A stretch of 64,000 nucleotides of DNA from Ruditapes philippinarum (GCF_026571515.1 NW_026854785.1:1-64000); one strand, 5' to 3'. Counted from the first letter of the stretch, positions 47,856-62,080 are shown. Made by a program: numbers and translations. The notes: generated from the sequence alone by a model not told the origin.

Positions 47856-48961
47856 GCTTCATTAGCAACTGAGAATTCAGGGCTACGTATTATGTCAAAA
47901 GGTTTACTGTGTGGTGGTAATATGATAATATGGTGATATGCCTTCTTATTGAGCAGTACCATTCATTGTAATACCATATTTCTAAACATATTCCTTTTAT
48001 CATTGCTTAATAAAAAGGATAGCATACAATATACATTACATGTCATACAATATAATTTATAAACTTTCAACTATATTACAATCTCATAGTCTTATTGTTG
48101 ATAGCCGCTTGAACTAATAACTCTTTAAAAGGTCAAAAAAACATTCTTATGATTATGGGGGAAAGCAACCAAATGTTCACAATCCAAATTCTCAGGTTTT
48201 AAAGAATTTTAATCAACGAACCCGTCACAATGTCTACGCAACATAATGTAAAACCAAACTTTCAATGACGGTAGAGAGATTTGGCAAATGGATAAGTGTT
48301 TCTCTTTTCTTAATGGTTTGCTGTATTAGTCAGACATTAATTTGTTGAACCGAGAAATACTTATTGAATGATGTATTTACTTAAATATACGAACAAACAA
48401 CATTTAACTCCCATCAGTATTTATTCAGACAGGATGAAGACTTGAGATAAAATTAACTCCATGATTAAAATATATGCACATAAATAAAGGCCAATGAATT
48501 TGGTTTAGTGATATAGACAATTTCAACTTTGTTGTTTTGGGCGATTTTTAGCGATTCCATTATTTTATTCAATCATCAATTTGAAAGTATTTTTTATGTT
48601 TATATGTTTTTATCAGAAATATCGTTGTCAGGTGTCCATATTTGTCTTACTTTAGCAAAAGAGTCTCGTAATATTCCAAGTTAAAATATTTTGGTGCAAA
48701 ATATTTATTGCACATAATGTATCAGACTATCTGCAAATCAAATATTTATATATCTGTTTAGAATTCAGTGTAAAACGTTTTATGTTTAAATGCAGTTAGG
48801 TTTCTTCTCCGCAAACAGCATTTTAATATGTATTTTCTAGTTTTCAATGAAGACTAACAGCATTTCTATAAGTTCACAGTTTTTGAACAAACATCAATAA
48901 AAGGAAGTATAAAAAAAAAAGAAAAAAAAAAGATTTTTATTTATTACATGCTTTTCGGTGG

Positions 48962-49385
48962 TTTATAGAAATATATCAGTGATATAAAACTGGTAATTTC
49001 ACCGTTTGAAACAGTGAAATTACCACTTTGATAATTTCACTGTTTTGAATTTAAGCCCCTTACGTTGTTTCAGTGAAATAATAGCGTGCAAAGTACTGGG
49101 TACCAACTTAATGACGTGACGTCGTAAATGACATCACGTTGTATTATTATTTGGCGCGCTTTTCATTCAGTATTAGGTTTAATGTCTTTTTAAAACGTTT
49201 ATTTGCATAAAATAAAAAGAAAATTTGTTTAGTTTAGTGTGAGATCAAAATATATATCACCTTGTGAACACCAAAAGTTCATATTTCACTCGTGGCTGCG
49301 CCACTCATGAAATATACCTTTTGGTGCTCACTCGGTGAAATATATTCCAATCTTATACTGAACTAAACATATGTCCTCTATATAA
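48962..49385. mobile_element. Non-autonomous element with a one-sided ~70 bp-arm hairpin (Crypton-like architecture)
   Basis: Imperfect hairpin 49226-49369 with apex GGC-TGC-GCC, and a short inverted repeat GGTAATTTCAC..GTGAAATTACC at the other end. Boundaries are approximate. Confidence 0.55.
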
Positions 49386-51706
49386 GATACGTGTGATTAT
49401 CCGTTTCCAATCAAATTGTTTTATGTGCTTTGCTTTTCATTATTTGGCCAATATAATGAATGACGTGATTTGATAAAACTTTTGCAATTAACCTGATATA
49501 AACATATTGAAAAGGGGGAGATTTTTCAATCAGACAGTGACAATCGCAGACTTGGATTGGTCAAGTCAGTAAATGAGAGATATTAAAATGTGCAACATCT
49601 CTTCACATTGGAATAAATAATCCCGAAAGATCAGATAATATGATAACAATGAGATTACGAACGGGTTCTATTTAGAGAATAGTTTTACGTTCAGAAATTT
49701 AATCAAGTATATGAGGAACAAGTTGTTGTCTAATATACGACATTTGTAATTAACACCATCTACATATATTGAGAAAAAAGAGTTAAAGAAGTCGATGAGA
49801 TATTTTGTATATCAAACTTGTACAATTTATGCAATAATAATATATAATGAAGTACATTTACTTTTAATGCATTTAAACACTCATTTTCTTTTCTATTCTA
49901 ATTACTGTCCGAGTTTAAAAATAAAAATAAAACTGATTGTATGAATTCAGATAATAAGATCATTACACATTTTTAAAGAAATATGTTTCAGTGCTTGACC
50001 TTGTCAAACTTATATCGATTAAATTGTTTTATGAGTGTTCTTTAAAGAAAGTAAAGTCACCGTCCACATTAAAAAAGCCAAGTCAAAGACTTAACTATAA
50101 ACCTTATATAAAAAGAAAATTTATCTCGCATTTAAAAGTATGTAAGCATTCCTTTCTCATGTTTCCTTCTGATAAGTATGTGCTTTTAAAATGATATTTA
50201 AAGATAATATCTCTTGTTGTCATCAACCAAGTTTCATCATATTTATTATACACATATTCCTTCATTGCGGAACTGAATCATTCCGTAGTAAGATATTCTA
50301 AACGTTATATTACTTATTGTAGATATCTTTCATGCAGCAAAATTTATTAGGTTTTAGGAACTGAAGAGGGTAATTTCCTGTAGACTTTATTCTGAGATTG
50401 ACAACAAAAACAAGAGATATCGTATAAATACGTCAGATAAATTGTGAGTTAAGATGAAGCAAATTCTAAACACAAGAACAATTGATAGAAAACATGAAAC
50501 GCTTGTCAGATTATAAGCCATAAAATGCTAATTTATTATTCTAATACTAAGAGGTAAAATACATGGATGGGGAATGAAAATTATTGACATATTACTGAAG
50601 GCTGCTTCAATGGAAAAAGTATTTTCTTTTTCGTGAAATATTATGGATAGGGAATAAAAAAGATATACTGCCACCACTTTGGGAATCGGTTTAGATATCT
50701 TTGTTTTATAAAGTGATATTAGGTGAATAACTATTCAGATTTCATAGCAAATTTCTTAATAAATAATAAAATTTGAATTTCTCTATTGTGTTGTAATCCT
50801 TGTAAAAAAGAACAACCCCGATTTTCAAAATATGAAGTTGAATGCCTGTTATTTCAAAACATTCGGAAATTTGATACTTAGTATTTTAATAGATTTTGCA
50901 TTATTCATTGGAGATTTACAGCATGATATCATCAATAAGCAGCACATAACAAAATATTAGATTTATTGGAAATTGTTATCAAAATTTAATCAAATCCGAG
51001 GTATTTCAATTTCAAAAGAGTAAAATAGTTTTTTCCCAGACAAATCTTATATACTGATGCTGCCATGAGTATGTCAAACCATATGTTTGATAGAGAAACA
51101 ATGCGAATAGTTTTCATAGAAACTTTATAGATAGGAAAAAATAGGATAGGATAAAATTCAGTAAAATGAAGACGTTTATATACACATGAAGATTCTTATT
51201 TTTTCTTTTAGTATAAAAATATTACATGTACAGTATATAATATGTTTGAATTTTAACAATTTGCGAAGAACGTTTTTTTTTTCAAATGTTTTGCCAGAAA
51301 TTAACATAAAAGAAGGCCCAACGTTGTTCCTTGTAAAAATGTTTTCTTCTTATTTTTACACATTTTCTATTTTGGTCGCATCTCGATGGTCGGTCCACCA
51401 AACCGGCTTTTCGGAAACACGTCAGTGAAAAGAAAACAAAACAAGTAAAAGATTACTTAATCCACATGATTTCTTGAAATAAAAGAGTAAAAGACCATTA
51501 GACTAAAGCCTAAGATCAATTGTCACGTAAACATTTTACCTCGCCAAAGATCTCTCTGATTACGATTAAGCGTTAAATATGACATTAGTGCTAAAAAAAA
51601 GTTAGATTTGGTACATCAACATAATTTGATATTATATACAATTCATTAGACAGTTTTGGCTTTCGGAGAAATTGTACTTATCCAATGCAGTTACTGTATT
51701 TGTTAA

Positions 51707-52487
51707 GGTATTACCAACCTAATGCATTACCTCCGCTTTGAAGAGTATTCAAATAGGCTAGAACTACTGTTAACTACATTGAAAATGAGGGCTGTGGGTT
51801 CAATCCCCAGAAGTGTCAACTTTCTTTTCTTTCTTTTTTTCTTTTAACATTATTTATGTATCTCTCATGTCCCATTTGGAAAGAAAAAAGTGTTTATTTT
51901 TTAATTTATGGTATTTATTGGCTAAATTATGCTAAATCTAGTAATAAATATGGTACCCGATATTTTCAAAGTGTAATAAAATCAAAACTAGACGGTAAAA
52001 GTATTTCATATTTTACAAGATCAACCAATATACTTCTTTCAAAATTTAGGGAAACTTTGAAAACAGGCACTCATTTCGGTAAATTTTCAAGATTTTTTAA
52101 ATTAGGCTCCCTAAGTAGGAAAATGGTCAGACACGTCGTAAAAATGGGTGGGTATGGTATCATTTACAGATTTCATAAATTTTAAGTAGAAACCATAATT
52201 TTGCTTATGTGTATTGTTAGCTGAATGGTACTATTTGTTTCTTACCAAAAATTAATGGGAAAACATTTTTCATTAGAATGTTATTGCAGATTATTTGAAG
52301 GTTCCTCATTTCTAAAAAAGGCACTCATAACATCCTAGCTTGAGTTCAAAAAGTGGCCATAACTTGATTTCCGTACGGTAAACTTTGTTTAAATTGTGCA
52401 TACAGGTGTACTTTAAGGTATATATCTGACATATGATGTAAATTTTTTTATTTCCCTTTAAAATTCCCCATTATTGGTCGTAATACC
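51707..52487. mobile_element. 781 bp non-autonomous DNA transposon with a TTAA TSD (Kolobok-like)
   Basis: TTAA|GGTATTACCAACCTAATG ... CATTATTGGTCGTAATACC|TTAA, with GG..CC termini. It is absent at the paralogous site at about 24435 (TTTGTTTAATATA). Confidence 0.75.
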
Positions 52488-53592
52488 TTAAAATAACCCG
52501 CCCAGGGAAATTTTTATAAAATTATATTAGCTAAAAATTTAAAAACTTTTTAAATTTAATTTACGGGTTTCTTTGCCCAATCAACCCAATTGAACGGGTT
52601 TGGGGCATTTTTATTTAAAATAGCAATAGCTTTCCAGTTTTTGAACTCAGGGGAAAGTACCCCCGTAAATTCCCGTTTGCCAAAATGCAATTTACGTCTG
52701 TCTACCCGTTTATTAATTTATGAAAATTTTCCATACTTTGGTACATTTAAATTTTTAGTATTTTTCCCTAGTTTTATATATATGGATTGAAACCAACTCG
52801 TTTATATCCGGTATAAATACGGGGAAATTTTAACAGTTTTGCATTTAATAAAAGGGATAACTATAACATCTCCTCTATATTTAATTTTCTCATAAAAAAG
52901 TTTTTTTCAAACAAATATAGCCCAGTGGAAAAACAGATAATTATTAAATAAGTTTTTTAAACATGCCAAAAGGTAAATTCTCTCAAAGGGGTAATGGGCT
53001 TGGTCATTTATCAATATAGCGTTGTTTTAGGAAACATGACATTGGATACAAATATCATTTCGATATAACTAAAGGTATTGGGAATAAGCGTTACGTAAAT
53101 ATTTGGAAAAATTTTTAAAACTCTTCTAGTACCGATTAAAGACTGGAAGCTGTTTGCAAAATATCAGAGAACGAGGGCAGCATACTTGATAAAATGAAAC
53201 AAGCTTGAAAAAAAAACTGGTGATGAAATATGTTTAAAATATTTGCTGGTTTTCTTGTTCACAAAACTGTTTTCTCTCGCCTTGTGTGAAAGTATGGAAA
53301 GTTTTAGGTGGAATCTTTATAGAAAAAAATTATTTATTTAAACAGTTAATCTAAAGACGATATTCTTAATACTGAAAGTGGAAAAAAACAATAAAAACAA
53401 TGCGTATATAAAGCAACGACGGATAATAATTAGAGTAAACGTTTCTATAGAAGTATATAGCAATATAAAATGAAATAATGGCGTTTAAAGTAACTTTAAA
53501 AGGTAAAAAACTGTATGTTTCAGATGTAGATTAAGATTAGCAATTGTTTAGTGTAAAATTTGAAATATACTTTAAGATAAATAATTTAAAAA

Positions 53593-56212
53593 ATGTCTGG
53601 ATTATCAGGAATCGGAATGCTTTGGGCATTTTCGTCTTTTATGTCCTCGGCGTTAATATGTGTGGGATACTTTTTGCCATACTGGATATCTGGACAAATG
53701 TATTTTCAATTCAGTGGAAAATCGGAACAAACTGTTCCCGTCCATTTTGGTATTTTCCGACGCTGTAATTATCCAGCAATAAATAAAGACGGAGAGCTGA
53801 CTATGATACTTGAATGTGGGAAATATACCACTTTCTCGGACATTCCGAGTACATCATGGAAAATAGCTACTCTTGTAATTGGGTTTGCGTGTGGTATATG
53901 TCTTCTTGTGTCATTAACGGCAATGTGTGGCCTTTGTATTAATGGTGTTATAGTTCCGACGGTAGCGCGGTCGGCGGGAATTCTTCAGATATGTTCAGGT
54001 ATTTGTTGTCAGATAAAATTAAACCATTCTTTCATAAAATTGCAGACGAAAAAACAAAAGCAAAACATAAGTGCCAGTCAGACGAATGAATGAAAAAAAT
54101 ATCTTAGATTCACACGAAAGGAAATATTTGACGTTTTTTGTTTGTACGAAAATAAAAATCAAATTTTTGATATATGTTGTTTTCTTTTATTATAATAATT
54201 ATTGTTATTCTTTATTTTAATTGCTAATTTGTTTTAGATAAAGAAAACCAACATGTTTTGAAATCATTTTGATATATTTAATAGCACATTATCGTTGCTT
54301 AAAACTTTGATTCTGTAACTGATAGTTTAAATAATAATTTCGTCAAGTTTTAAATCATGTACCTACATGCGTGCATTTTTTTAAAACTCTGTGATGGAAC
54401 ATGTTCAAAACTAAGACACTTTTGTTAACCTTGATTTTAAAAACTAATCCCTGTATAATAAGAATAATATCTATCACCTAACAATGACTTTTGTTTTCAA
54501 TCGTAAATATTTCTCTCTGATTCTTATGCATTTATCAGTAAAACCTATGTTTTGTTTTTCCTGCTTTGCCAGGCAGTTCCTTGTCTTCCCTTTGCTGTCT
54601 CAATATATCAAGTAAATACAATTTTACAATTTATATGTACATAACGCCGTTCGATGTTAATAAAACTCATGATTGTTATAACTAAAATTTGAATAATGTT
54701 TTAGTTTTTTATTTCTTCTTGATAAAACATATCTAAATAGTCTAATATCGTGTATGTGTTTTAAATTTCAAATATACATGTATTGTCTCTAGTCACATAT
54801 TGTATCATTTTAGTATAACTGGCTGTAACGCTTGCACTTTATGTAAATTTCAACTACTGTTACAGCCATGATTCAATTAAATGCCTTTTCATGCATAAAC
54901 AAGCTTCGCTTTGAGCAGATGATTTACTGTATGAAACCACGAACTGTAAAAACTTGACAAAGACGTTACAAATTAATGTTACAAATGCACAGTTACTGGT
55001 GATAGTAATAGCAAAGAAAATACTTCTTAAATGTACTATTGAGAAAAATATAAGCAACGTTAAAGTGTTAAAGAACATTTACAAAATAGATAAATTAAGA
55101 ATGTTTTTAGGAATTAAGAATGTTTAAAATATTTTTCTCACTATTAATATATTTTGCTCACTATTGATATATTTTGTTCACTATCGAAATAAGGCAACAT
55201 TTATATAATCAAATTTGACTAAAAACGGGGACCCGTGGTATAAAAGTTCATTATATTTTAGGTCTACTCATGGCTGCAGGAGTTGGTATATATCCAAATG
55301 GTTGGAAAAGCCCCGAAGTTCAACAAGCGTGTGGAAACACTTCAAAATCGTACAGTCTTGGTAAACATATTACTATATATTTTCTGTATAAGATGCTATT
55401 TTATCAAGCAGCAAATCCGTAGTCCAGTGGTTAGGAGCTGAACTATAGTAATGTAGGGCCAAAGGCTCGATCCTCGGGAATTACTTTTCTGCAGTAGAGT
55501 TTCTTTCTAGAATACATGTATACGATCTATTTTATGGATATAAAATTAATAGATTTTTGACATTGTTCCGAGCAAAATGGTATATATTTGGACTCGCTAA
55601 CAGCTTGTATTTGACAGCTGATCAAATATGTATACTTGTTCAAACAAATTCCATTATTGTACAGTTCAATATTCCATAATATATTAATATCAGACACACC
55701 GAATAAACATCTTGATAAAAAGGCGGAAGTATCAAAAAGCATCAGACAATGGCTTATATAATGTTGTTTTATTTAATTTGATTTTTGAATTGGTTGAGAT
55801 AACATAGTGATAAAACATTGGACAGTATATCATTAAACATCATTCCCTAAGACTTAATAATACATAATACTTGCAGGCTATTTTATAGTTCAACCAATTT
55901 TTAATCATTTACTAAATATACATTAAGCTCATACAAATTATAAAAGAAAGGAATGGAATTCGAAAACACTTGTTAAATATGGTTCAGTTATTCTATAATT
56001 ACTATTCGGTCTAAAATTATATAGGTCAAGTACGAGTAGTAGGCGGGAATATAACTATGTGTGATAATGGACTTTCTTTTTTTTCAGGTGATTGCTCTTT
56101 GTCTTGGTGTTTCTATATGACCTCTGTTGGAATAGGAGTTACTTTAGTTTGTTCAGTTCTTGCTTTTCACGCGCCAAAACGTAAACACATCATTACCGGA
56201 TCAGCGCTATAG
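53593..56212 (+). CDS. LHFPL6: LHFPL6-like protein, copy 3 (close duplicate of copy 1), 209 aa. Exons are 53593-53998, 55262-55360 and 56088-56212.
   Basis: Same exon sizes and phases with an open frame. Only a few amino-acid differences from copy 1. Ends KHIITGSAL*. Confidence 0.92.
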
Positions 56213-59200
56213 ACATGCGTGTTTGAGAAAGAGAAACGAAGTGATCTCAGTTTGATATTCTTATATGTTTTTTCACATAGGAGATGGCGAAGCAAGGTTA
56301 TGAAATGACTGATTTTGGAGGTGGAAAAAAGTGTTTCATGACATATAGACATGTGTATCACAAAATAAGTCAATTTTATGGACTGTTAAAATTGATGAAA
56401 ATAGACGCCATATATTATAGATCTTAACAAGATCTTTACAGATCCTATCAGATTCCTACATTATGGGATATAGATTTGAATGGTGTTTGCACAGGAGCAT
56501 CAGACATATAAAAAGTTATCCAAACCACACAATTTGAATTCACTAGTTTTATGTATATGCTGACATGAACCAATATATCTTTGATCAACGCAATTGCCTT
56601 AAATAATGTTTAGATTTAAGCTAGATATATAGATGCAATTATAACATTTCTGGAAATGTTTGATCGATTTTTTTACAACTTTTAGCTTCAATGCCTGGTA
56701 TAAAACATACTATGTATGGTATATCACCTGGGCATATCTCTGAGTCTTAATACGAACACATGGTAGTGCCTGCCGCCTTCCGTATATATCTGTTTTTTTT
56801 ATTTAAAGATGTGATCATCCTACCTTCAATGCAATGGGAGTCTGAAGCCCCCTAGAAATCCACAATCGTGTGGAAAGTCAACAATGAAGGCTGTTTGAAT
56901 AGTTTTGAATCATAAGCACATAGAAAACTTAAACCTTTGTACAATGAAAGTTGTACGTTTGAGCCAAATATCATTGTACATTTTAAGAAACGAGCAGTCA
57001 AAATATCCAACCTTTTTCATGAAATCGCAATGTTGTATTAAGAGACTCTTGATTAGACGCTATCAAACAAAATCTTTTGGTTCCTTTTTACATACCAAAT
57101 GTAGTTCTGATTTACACATAAATTTCAGACGATGTTCTTATATTATAACGTATATGGTAACATATTGTCTAGAAAACTCGCATTTGAAAATAAAACATGA
57201 ATTGTCTTATCCCCCCATCAATCATCAGCAGCAGTTTGTTTCTATATCGTCCATTTTTGTCTATTTCTAGAATGCCTGTATTTCATCAATTAGCATTAAC
57301 TTTTTTCTACATCGTCCATTTATCTGAAATCAATACAGAGAGTATGTTAAAAGTATTGTTGTTGTTAGCAATTAACAAACTGTATTTTACGCTACCATTG
57401 ACTATATCACTATCAGTGAAAGGAATTTATTATGTAGAGATACAGTGCCTGAAATGTTAATAATTACCAATGTGTACACTCTTTATTACTAAAATGTGAT
57501 ATGTGATAAGGTCCAACCGATTGTAGAATAAGTGCTATTAAGAAGGTTGAAATTAAATATATTTATACCATAAGATCAATTTTTTATTGAATATGAAAAC
57601 TAATAAATGTTTTTCATTTCTATATGTGATATTTATTTCAGGTAAAATTGTGTGTTAAACATATTCATTATTGTAAGTTCACATAAAATAGAAATAAACT
57701 TTTATATTACTTATTGCCTGGAAATACATTTTAGGAACCTAAAAAAAACATTATTCTAAAAGCAACGATCATGGTTATGAATTACACAATATAAATGATA
57801 CTTAGAATGGGGAAAACGCTTCGATATATAAGGTGTAGTGACGAATATGTTGCCTGTCAGGAATTGGAGTCCAGGATAAAGTGACAATAATTAATTGCAG
57901 TGTTTTCATTGAAGAAATTATCAAAGCATATAATTATGACTTTATTGTATAGAAAAATATGAATATATTCAGTATATCTAATGACTTATTGCATATCCAA
58001 ACAACTAATTGACATTTATGCAGCTTTTCCAGATACCTTTTCTATAAAACTTTGGTAAAACGGTTTGCATGTTGATAACTCTGTTACAAAACGTTCATGG
58101 CATATTGAATTGTCTTTAAATTAACAATTGCCTACATTTTGCATCAGAGGACTTATTGTTAAATATTTCAAATTCACATGTTAATATCTAAATTATTATA
58201 AATGACAATTTCAAACACTATGGATCTTCACATATTGTTGTTGTTTTGTACCTGTGTTCGTGTGTCTTATAATATTTGTTAGAGAAGAAAACACCAAAAA
58301 AATAAATAAATAAAGGAATGCTATTCAAATTTCAAAAGCATGTGGAATTGTAAATTAAATAGAGTGTTGCATAATTCGTTGGAAACTGCATATAAATTTG
58401 CGATAAATTATCCAGCATCATACAATATGTTATTTGAATCGGTATTAAATTTTAATTTTCTTGCAATATATTCTAAGACGGCGTATTTGTGACAAATGTA
58501 ATGCAAGGCCAGTCAATTCATTTTGTAAATGAGTAAGAAATTTGCATTTGTGAGAAAAGATACGATAAGGAAGGTAAGTATATCAAAAGGAGCTAAACGC
58601 ATATATTGAGTTTTGCTTTTGAAATATACACCTTTGCAATCAGTACATAACCAAGTCAGCCTCTACATCTGTTCCAAATTCAAAACTGGACAAAGTCAGA
58701 CACAAATTCATTAAAAAAAGGCAGTGTGGTCAGGGTGAGGTGTTGGTTGTGAAAAGTTTTTTATGTGTGTCAGAAATACATATTTAAGAAGGTACTGAAT
58801 AATTTGGAAAATCTAGAAAATTTAGAAAATTCTTATTGTATAAGTCATAAATAAATAAGAGTAAGCATAAACTATGTTTGGGAAGCTGCAGTCCCTGGTC
58901 AAAATTGATTTTTCTCCAAAAACAGCCAGTGTTTAACGACATTATGAATTCGTACAGTGTTTACTTTAGTGTGTAAAACTCTTAACTCGTCTTCTCTGTG
59001 CACAAAATGTGTTTATTTTATGTTTAAAAAGGGTCTGTATAGCAATTGTCAGAATTTTCAAAAATCAAATTTGAGATTAATATGTCTATAAGCATACAAA
59101 TCTACCTATACTGGTCTGCGTCCAAGATTGTTTTATGTATGACATGTCTAAAGCACCAGTTTTCACGACTCGTGGGAATTAACGGCCATGAATTCCTTCT

Positions 59201-61325
59201 GCCAATATGCAATATTGATGCACGTCTGTCTAACAGAGATTAAGTGAGTGATAGCTTTCATTTATATTGGTACAATTAATTTAGTATGTGTTAAATTAAT
59301 GCAAAGTGCTCAATTAAAATTTACCATATGACAAAAGCTAAAAAGTTTTTCATTACTGCTATGCAAACCTTAACAAAACGTAATATCGAGTCCAATGGTA
59401 TTTAAAACATTTGTTTGAATAAGTTTTATTCTCAAATATTTTTTATATTAAATATGTTTTTAAGTTGATTCATTTTTTAAAAATTCATTTCCTTGTTATT
59501 TTATACTAAAATAAATAGCCTGGTTTCTACTAAGGTATATCTGATTTTAGGGAAATTCAAATTGAAAGTGTACATAGCTTTTTAACTGAAGTCTGTAGTT
59601 TACAAATTTATTGTTTGAATTTTGAAAGAAACGATTACCTCCAAATTACCTTTATGAAAGATATATTCTTAAGAGCTAATGACGCATACACGAAATCATT
59701 GCTAAACAGTAGAACCACCTTATTTAAAATGGCAGCAACATATTTTGTTTCGGGTTTTATTCTGGCTTGGTGCAATATACATGACTGTGTGTTATATAAT
59801 AGAGACATTCTTTGTAGCAACTCTTAGAAGAGCCGACAAAAAAATTATGGAAACAACATACTAGGTTTTAAAAGTTTTTTTAAGTTTGTCATTAGATATA
59901 GCATTATACACCTTAATTCTATTAACATGGGGCACGTTTAAGAGTACAAATTCTTGATGTATGTTTTTTTGCGATATCTACAGTAATGGCTTTTTAATTT
60001 TCTAAATTAATGATACATCTGAACTGGTATATATCCGGGCTTCCAGATTATTCGAGCGTTAAAAAAGCACTAGCAAATTTCCTCTCTTGGGAAATTTAGA
60101 ATCTACGAATATCTTGCAGGAAAAAATGCAATATTGATGCATTTCTGTCTATCAGGCATTTCCGGTATATGAATGGTAGTTCCAAATCAGATAGCTTATT
60201 TTGCGCGGAAATTGCATTCAAAGGCGTTTAATTTAAAACAAAAACAACAAGAAAAATACTTTTTTTTCAGTATTTTAAGATATGTGCTTGCAGAAAACCA
60301 AATGACTGTTTTGTTCAGTTTTTAAACTTTTCATTAAATGTAAAACACAAAACTTTAATGTTTAATGGGAAAAAAAAAGATTGTCAATAAAGAGAAAACA
60401 AGTGTAAAATGGTAGATTTAAATATTTTTAAACCAATGTGTGTTTAATGATAAACATGTTTGTGGTTCTGTAACAAATTGTCTGTCATTTCTTAAGCATT
60501 TGATGACAGTGCAATTACATGATTGATTAATTCTGGACACGGTTATGTATTTAAGTCTGTTTGAACTGTCACATATTAGAGGTTTGACACGTTATCATAT
60601 TCGTGAATTGCAGTAATATGTCGAAACAGCAAATGTTCTGATACAACAATCAATTTATAACCTCTTAATGTTATTACATTTTGCTAACTTTACACCAATG
60701 ATGTCTTAGTACAATATAGAACGTATCGTAGATGAAGAGACGCATTGGTATTACAATGTTTTATTTCATAATCTATCAGTCTTGTTCAAGCAAATTACAC
60801 CGTCTGATTAATATTATTTGCAAGACATTTCCAAATCTAAAACGCCGATTTCAAAGGTTTGTCATGTCTCGGTGGTTGGTCCAACTAACCTACTTTTCTT
60901 TAAAACCAGTTATTACAAAATTGAACCGAAAGTGATCGACATCTAATCTCACATAATTTCCGAATGACAAATGATTATAAGACTCAGTGTCAGAGATAAA
61001 TTTTACGGAGAGATTTCATCGTCGGATGATAAACCAGCACTGTATTACAATTCGATGCTCATCCTTTTAATCTAAGCGGGCGGACTATTTTATCATTTTA
61101 AGGGTTATTAATATTTAAAACCAAAAAGAAAAACAATCTTGAAAGCAGTTCATAGATACGATTTATTGCAGGAAAAAAAAGACTGTTGTTCCTAAGACAA
61201 TGTTAGGGAGGCTTCAATCACGTTATTCCTGGAAGAACATGCTACAAGCTCAAGAGATGAAGCGCAGCTTGATATTAGATGTGGTCTGTATTTCACTTAA
61301 ATGATGTTTGGTTTTTGTAATTTAT

Positions 61326-62080
61326 ATCTCCGTTTTATATATGTTATTCTAACACTCAACGTGATTTGTCACTATAGACAAAGAAGGGAAAAAAACCGGT
61401 GTTAAACTGCCACTACTTGTATATGCGGCTGTTCTGTTTTCATCCTCGATTATAAAGTTTACAAGGCCTTTTAAAGCAACAATAAAAAGCATTTTTATTT
61501 ATATTTTCAGTCTTATAATGTTTTCTTTTCATACAATAACGAACTAATATCTCACATACACTAACGCCACATATTTGATCCATATGAGTTAATAAATATT
61601 TTGACAAAACGGCGCCAATCCGTAAGCAGCGTAATGACGTCATCCTAAACAAGCTGACGTTATTTTATACAAGCAAGAATGATAAATGGGGCACTGATGT
61701 AAACACAATATGACGTAGGTTTTTATTGTTGAAAACGTGATAAAATAACTTTTTTTCTTATTATTTCTTTTGTTTAATAATTTCTATATCTTCGCAACAG
61801 GAGGGTGCGAAATTCGAACAGCGTTATACGAAAATCGGCACCGGAAGTTATTTCCGCTTGAAAAAATAACATTAACGACTCTCCTTATTTTATCTGTTAG
61901 AATCGAAATAACATCGGCCTGAGAGGTGTATATCGGCTATTTAACACCGGTTTTGTCGTTTTGATGCGAAAAAATCAACCACTCAGGCCTACGGCCTTCG
62001 TGGTCAATTTCTACGCATCAAAACTCCAAACCGGTGTTAAATAGCCGATATACACCTCTCAGGCCGATGTTATTTCTTAA
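61326..62080. mobile_element. ~750 bp insertion ending in a long hairpin (Crypton-like non-autonomous element)
   Basis: Hairpin 61905-62076 with perfect outer 49 bp arms and apex GGCC-TAC-GGCC. A third copy of AAACCGGTGTTAAA lies at 61393-61406. The element is absent from the paralogous site at about 33720. Confidence 0.7.

Noticed and set aside
51856-52185. 109 aa ORF inside the TTAA element
   Set aside because: No transposase or other recognisable motif, so likely a chance ORF in AT-rich DNA
58630-59130. Copy-B-specific ~500 bp segment as a defined transposon
   Set aside because: Absent from copy A, but termini and TSD could not be identified with confidence
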